64,000 nt of DNA, from NCBI GenBank assembly GCA_964057225.1, contig OZ059898.1, positions 16,120,001 through 16,184,000 of the forward strand, given 5' to 3'. Positions 57,209-64,000 of this stretch are shown here, piece after piece (positions within the stretch are counted from its first letter, which is position 1; each line of letters opens with the position of its first letter). A model generated the notes under the pieces. The model did no database searches and had not been told where the DNA came from. It saw nothing but the letters and a program-made list of their open reading frames with translations. The stretch is from Auanema rhodensis. Taxonomy: Eukaryota; Animalia; Nematoda. A program made the position numbers and the translations under genes.

Positions 57209-60200
57209 TTATTCAGGATACCATTTACATTTAAGGTAACTAGTCGGGACAAATCCTTCTTGTCTACCATCCAATCTGAAGACAATAATGTTAAGAAAAC
57301 CATAGTAAACTTCGCATTTGAAAGTTCTAGGAAGAAAACATACTTCCTAACTCTCGTCCAGCCATCTCCTTCATCTTTTTCAATTAAAAGAAGCTCATCA
57401 CCCTCTCCAATCTTCATAGTTCCTTCAGTTCCACCGTCATATGCAAACTGGGCCATAGCTGTGCCAAGTACAGGCATGTCACATTCCTCATACATCTATA
57501 CTTTTTAAATGCATGATACAATTATAAAAGATACTTACTTCATCCTTCTTTTCAGCTTTTTGACTAGTGTGACTTGCTCCATCACTGCTGGTAACACTTT
57601 CTTCAGACATACTAGCTCTGTTACCCGGTAGAGCTGGACGTGGAGGAGCGAAGCTAGAAGCGGAACTTCCACTTCTGGCTGAAGGAGGAGTTTCAGCTCC
57701 ACCTAGATGAAACAGAATAAATTGAAAAATATCAGTATTCATACCTATGGGAAGATTATTCTGAGATTGAGCATCTTCCAATAATATCCGGAATTTCTCT
57801 ATTTGTTGAGTCAAATTGTTAATCTCTTTCCCATACTGAGAAAGTTGAGCATCGCAGTCAGCAGGATTACCAAGTTTGGTGTTTTCACGATAAACCTACA
57901 AATTTTAATATCAATGTTAAACACATTTGAAAGCTTGTACTTGTTGCATTTTCGCTAAACCATCACGGCTTTGTTGATTTTTTTCGCGTTCCTTCTCAAG
58001 TTCAGAAATTTTTGTTTGAAGTCTCCGAATTCTTTGTTGAGGCGGTAACTGTCCGTAATCTCCATTAGCATCCACCTTAAAAACTTTTTTTACACAGAAG
58101 GAACTGCAGTATGTTTTACCTTATTTTTATCTCCTCCGCCAAAAATTTTTTGATGCATCGACTGCTTCCGAGAGACCTTTCCGTCTTTTTTCCCACCACT
58201 TAACATACCCCGCTTAAGCGTAGAGTCAATTTCTGAAAAAATGAAAAGAAACATGAAATTATATTTACTGCAATCACAAACCTCCAGTGGCATTGATACA
58301 TCCATCTGTGGGACCCAAATCTTCGAATTGAAACGGGGGAGGATGCAAATAGCCAGTCCTACAACAATATGTAGATTAAGAATGCAAATTGAAAAAAACA
58401 TACTTGAACTGTTCCACGACAGTTGCCGTATCTCTTTCCTGATCTATTTGTTCTACTGTTTTTCTCATATCCTCATGACAACGACCTGAAGAAACCATTT
58501 TATTAAATTTCTTTGCAGTAGCTCAGCACCAATAATAGGCATGACATCTGCTTCTGCAGCTATACACAATTGTAATGCTAATCTAGTATCTTTTATTCGT
58601 TCCATATCCACCATCTGAATAAAACATTGAGAATATGATTAAAATAGACCACTTGCTTTCAATTTATCTAAAGTTTCAGGCAAAAGTTGATTGTAATGAT
58701 TATGTTGAGCATTATTAGCTGATTGCATCGCATGCGCATAGTTCTGTTTAGCATCTTCACTTATCTGATTTCTCATCTAAATAAGAAAAAAAAGTTTTTA
58801 AAGTTAAAATTGAAACATACATGTGCGTTGCCTTTTGCTTTTTCCAGATCAAGCCTAGATATTTCCATATTCTTCTCAGCTTTACAGTACTTCGCGAAAG
58901 CAGCTTCGGCTTCTTTAAAAGATTTCCTGAAAGAAACGTTGTGAGTTGAAGAAAGATTAGAGAATAGCCCACCCATATTGTCGTTGAGACTTAAACATAT
59001 GATCAAGAGCACTATTTAGATTATTATGGATAGTTTGTAAATCGTTAAGACAAGCTTTCCTATTTGCGCGATGTTGGTTTGATTTTTGGGCTACAAAAGG
59101 AAGAACATCTGTTCTTAATTTCTCGGCAACAATCTAAAATTATAATTAAAGAAATTATATTTTATTATAAAGCTTACTTCATGCTGTCCAGCCAATGACT
59201 CAATCTCTCTCAATAAACTTGCGAAGGATCGAACATAACTGAACGTCTTAATTGCCTCTTCATCCTCTTTTTTCTTTCCTAACGATTTTTTTGCTAACTG
59301 CCTACAAACAAATGAAGTTTCATAATATCTTTATATTAGAAAAACCTTAGTTTGGCAGCATATTCATCTTCTATTGATGCTCTTTCCTTTGCGAAATTTC
59401 CTATTCGTTCAAGAAACTCAACTCCTTTTTGAGTGTGAGCAGCCACAGAATCTGTCCGATCCTATAAGTAGATTCGTTATTTAAAAACTAATTATATTGT
59501 TTGCGCATTATTTCTTGTGCTAGGAAGATATCAAACAAATTTGTCTTGAACATATATATGATCTTTAGGTTTTGTGTTGCTTTCTTATAGTAGAAACACT
59601 TAAGGGCTCTTCAACACAGGGTTCGTATTGATAACATTGTTTGACCAATCTCTATAACCAATTCACGCTACCCAACCCATCAATAGAACAGCTCTTGCAC
59701 TACTTCAAACGCATGAAATATTACATAAAAATAAAATAAAAATCTTCTTGAATACAAAGCTTATCAACATATGAAATAATTGTATATAGGTTTGATATAA
59801 CTCATTCCAACGCGTTAACAACTTTACTATCTATGTATCCAACTAAACATGACTATTAACATTGCTAGTGAGAATAATATATCAAATATAGAACTTGTTT
59901 TGAGCCTTAACTTAATCCTCGACGTATGGAATATACTATTATACAGGGCTAGGATAGTCTGACCTTCTCTTTCCGGTCCGAAAACTATTCTTAGTGGTAT
60001 GCTATATATTAGATCAATTTACAGTGGACAACACTTTACATAAAGAAAGAACAGATTTGAAAAAAGAAAATTCGTCTTTGAAGTGGATTAGAATCACACT
60101 GACCCTGATCGTACCATCTGGAACAATCGATTAGCTAACAAATACACGAAAGAGCTCTGCCTCACTCTTTAGTTCATGTATATAGATTACCTAGCTTGAA

Positions 60201-61806
60201 AAGCTGAGCGGATAATTAGGTCACGTTATACGAGTGAAGGCTGGGATGGAAAATGTCAATCTTAGCACCCATATGCATAATGAATTATTCCCCCAGAGAA
60301 TTATGCTGCGAAACACGAGAATAAGACTGGACGAGCTGCAGTAGTTTCTCTCCGTCTTCGTTGTTTCAGCTCATAAGTCATAGTGTCAAGCGAAGCATCA
60401 AAGAAAAGTCCCCTACTGCGCAACATAGATACCGGTAGTACAACAAGATAGAAATTTAAAACATGAATAGCTCATGAACTTTAGAATGAGTAGCAATAAG
60501 TAAAAATAAAGAGAAATGTGAATAACACCTTAAAAATATATCAAAAATTGAAAAATCAAAGAGTGACAACAGGAATTAACGAAACAAAATATATTAAAAA
60601 ACAATAACTAAAAATTTACCTTTTGATTAAAATTTAGAGATTTGAGAAAATCATCATCTGAAGTAGGCATTATAGATGAAGCCGAATGAAAAAGATCAAG
60701 CATTGATGCCTTCAGAGTCATAGACTTCTCCGAAACAGTTACATCATCTGACTTCAAGCTACGATCAAGAGATTTCCGAGATGCTCTGCTATGGAAAACC
60801 ATGAATCACATCCAGTGTTCTGGTTTCAAAGCAACTAGATAGCAGACTCTAGCTGCCCCCAACGAGAACAGAGAATAAGAGGAGAGGCCTCAGAGGGCGG
60901 AGGGCCTGACGACAAAGTACTAAAGAGAAATTGCCGCTACGAATGGGTCATGGCAACATAAGATATAGTGACCAATGCGGAGACGCAGCATATTCACAGA
61001 CCACATAGACAGGATGAGGAGAGCGAGAGATATCGAATAGAAGCGAAATATTAAAGAAAATGTGAGATGAAGAGAGGAAATGAAAACGAAGGAACCATCA
61101 AGGAGGAAATAGTAGATAGAGAGCGTATGAGAGAAAACAGCGAGCTTAGTTCACATACAGGGAAATGTTGTGTATATTGCTCACAGATAGGAAGACAGGT
61201 AACCGTAAGCTAAATCAAAAGTTTTTGATTACAAAATCCCTGTTTTAATTCATATTTTATTTACATCACAAAATTTTTTTACCAGAGGGTCAAGAAAGGA
61301 TTAATACAGTCATATTGAATCTCAATCTTAAAACATAAATTCCCATTTAACACAATCAAAACAAACTTCACAAGTGAAGAAGGCTACAAGTGTTGTTGAG
61401 GGCTCTGTGTTAGACATTATTCTCATTCGTTTATTTTCGAATATTTAGATAAATTATTATTTTTAAATTTTAACGAAATGATGTTTAAATCGCATTCAAT
61501 TTATAGGTATGCTTTATAATATGCATTGAACAATGCTGAGGACTAGTTCGAATATTATTATGCTGAGGGATGTCAGTGATTTTAACTTAATGTGACATTA
61601 ACTAGCAAATTAAAGATAAATTATAAAATCAGAGGAAAAAATGGTCAAGGTATCGACATTGATGGTATTAATATTTAATATTTGAGTGAAAGAGAAAGGT
61701 CATTAATGAATCATGTTTTTGAAAAAAAATCCAATATGAACATGTAAAAACATCTACTTACCCATAGATCTGCCCAACTGACACTTGGGGAACCATTCAC
61801 CGACAT
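57209..61806 (-). CDS. toca-1: F-BAR/HR1/SH3 protein TOCA (FNBP1/CIP4 family)
   Basis: SWADLW|DRTD..KERASIEDEYAAKLR (F-BAR), DYGQLPPQQRIRRLQ (HR1), SH3 AQFAYDG..DEGDGWTRVR..GFVPTSYL. The toca-1 vs toca-2 assignment is tentative. Confidence 0.9.
60620..60802 (-). CDS. Putative alternative first coding exon of toca (61 aa)
   Basis: ATG at 60802; open to AAG|gtaaat, a phase-0 donor compatible with the phase-0 acceptor at ~59461. Confidence 0.55.
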
Positions 61807-64000
61807 CGTGAACTTCTCATAACACAATCCACACTATAATATATTGTACTAAATTTAATTTATGTAAAAGCAGGCAAAAAATAACGAAACTTTCGATGAG
61901 AAAGGTTACATAAGATAACTATGAATACGGAAATAAAACGGTCTTATACGGCATATATAGAAATATAAAAAGGAGAGAGAGGGACAAAGCACAAAATATG
62001 TATTATTCACATTATTATACAAAGTTGCAAGCGTATTAAAACGTATTGAAACATAGAAAATGAAAACAAATTCGAAGTTATGTTTTATAAAGAACCACCC
62101 ATAGTATTAACTGACTGATGTAAACAGAACAACAGTAATATAGTAAAGTTAGTACATTGATTAAATAGCAAAAAAAACTTATCTTCTCAATTTTTTATTT
62201 GTAAGGAGTAAAGAGAACGGATCGTTCACGCCTGTATATATAAATCGAAACATATGACCCGAACAAGAAAATCGATAAGAAAAAATAAATAACTACTTCA
62301 AGATAAAAATATCCTCATTAGGGACAAAAATATCAGTAGTCCTCATACTATATGGCAAAAAATATGAGTTATAGCTTTAGAAGAACAGGTAAGTCGAGAG
62401 TAAACTTTCCTGGTTGAGGGCTGAATCGTTGGTCTAAGAAGGAAAGCACACAATGCAAGAAGCAAAAAAGGTGACGTAGTGTCTTTAACAAGAAAATGTA
62501 TACAAAATCGAACTTTAAGAAGAAATGATGACATTTTAGTTATGTTAACCAGAGGGAAAAGAGCCTTTCAAGGACATCACCTTAACCTTCCGTAGAAATA
62601 GCTGATGTAGCATTTACTAAAGAAGAACGCGGGAAAGCCCGAAGATACTATTATGGTGGACAGGGTAGCAAAAAAACTAAAACCAGAACGATTACATAAT
62701 ACAATGGTACAGTGTACGGCGTACAGAGGCAGAGAAAGTAGACAGATCTCCGCGATTGAAAACGTATAGAGAAGTATAAGAAGGAAAAAATGATGGAGCA
62801 GGTAAAAGTAGAACAAATTTTGTTAATGGCCTGCCCAACAGCTAAGATCGATTTCAGTTTTCTAGGCTTTGCAGTTTGCATTACGGCTTTCCTAACCACC
62901 TGTTCTTGGATGATCTGCTGTTCCTGGTTGTCAAAGGAAATCTAATAGGCAAGTCATTAACAACTCATGAACAAACTAGTTACTTTAAGCAAAAAACCAC
63001 TTGTCAAAAAAAATTTGATATAATTTAAAAATTATAAAAGCTAAAACGTATTAAGTCCGTTCATGGACGCATGCTGTCTAATTATTCACTGAAAGCACAA
63101 CAAATCGTGATTAGGCTTATGCTACAGAATTAAAAGACAGATGTCATATGGACCAAATGCTTTGTTCGAAAGACTGGTTGGTATTCAGAAGACATAATAG
63201 AAAGGGCACAGCAAGGGGGTAAAAAGGTTTACAAACAGTAACGTTAGTAGTATAACCAACAGAAACTTTTTTTTTCGTAAAAAGGAAACAACTGCAACTA
63301 TGCAAATGAGAAACATTGGATAATAATAATGATACACTAGTGAAGTAGCATTGACAAATTATAAAGGTGTTGATTGATAGAAAATATAGAACAGATGTTC
63401 AAATAAACAGATAGAAAAGTTAGGTCCAATTTGAATAATATAAAACATGGAATGATCAGCAAATGGAGAAAGAAAGAGTTCATTGAGAGAGCTACGTATT
63501 CAAACAGAGTGAATATTCAACTAGCGTAGTCAACTAGGAACAAAAGATAAAGCTAGAGGTTGAATATTTCGTTTTCAAATCTCGCAAGCTACTAGAACAG
63601 CAAGCAAGAAAGACCAAATCAAAATTCTCCAATTGTACCAAACAACTCTATGTCGGGAAATCCCACTTCGAAGATCAAGAGCCGCGCTCAAAAAGTAGAA
63701 AACGAAAAAAGATGGAACTTGTAAACGATACGACATATAATAATTTGCAAAAAGAATAAACATAAATTTAAAGATTACAAATGGGCATTATGTAGTTCTA
63801 TACAATAATAAAAGGGTTTAGGATGGAATGGCTGCTAATAAGAGTTGTAAGGGAAGAATAGACCGCGTCTTGGCGCATTAAGTGACCCCCAACGTCCTCT
63901 TCCGATATTGAAGGATCGATCGCGTTTTCTCCCTCAGCACCCATATGTCGAGAGTAAAGACAATAACCTAATATCTTGCAAGTAATCACAGTCAATGCAT

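Overview
AT-rich nuclear DNA from a nematode, probably a rhabditid but not C. elegans itself. Genes were reconstructed by manually splicing short exons; the supplied ORF track shows only fragments. The left part (1-26.9 kb) is gene-poor, with long introns and many microsatellites. It holds a 4-TM membrane protein, a multi-promoter KCNQ channel (kqt-1) and a convergent AEX-2-family GPCR. The part from 27 to 56 kb is very compact, with 40-50-nt introns and operon-like spacing. It holds acid sphingomyelinase, AK2/let-754, pam-1, a CHC-type MIA40 paralog, MRT4, a UQCC4/CCSMST1-like gene, ATP6AP2/vha-20, mrps-14, WDR44/sym-4, idhb-1, two AIG1/ADTRP genes, an unrecognised ~670-aa protein, a divergent ADP/ATP carrier and an NTF2/DUF4440 protein. 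toca-1 follows at 57-62 kb. Main observations: (1) a relaxed splicing code, with about 5 GC-AG introns in ~175, many AAG acceptors, one GAG acceptor and degenerate donors; (2) an apparent AK2->pam-1 operon that would specifically make a mitochondrial-presequence isoform of PAM-1; (3) a symmetric kqt-1 cassette exon flanked by RBFOX/SUP-12/QKI motifs; (4) a twin-hairpin element in an idhb-1 intron that could hide a poison exon. No mobile element, CRISPR array, rRNA or tRNA was recognised. Gene names and C. elegans locations are from memory, not from database searches.
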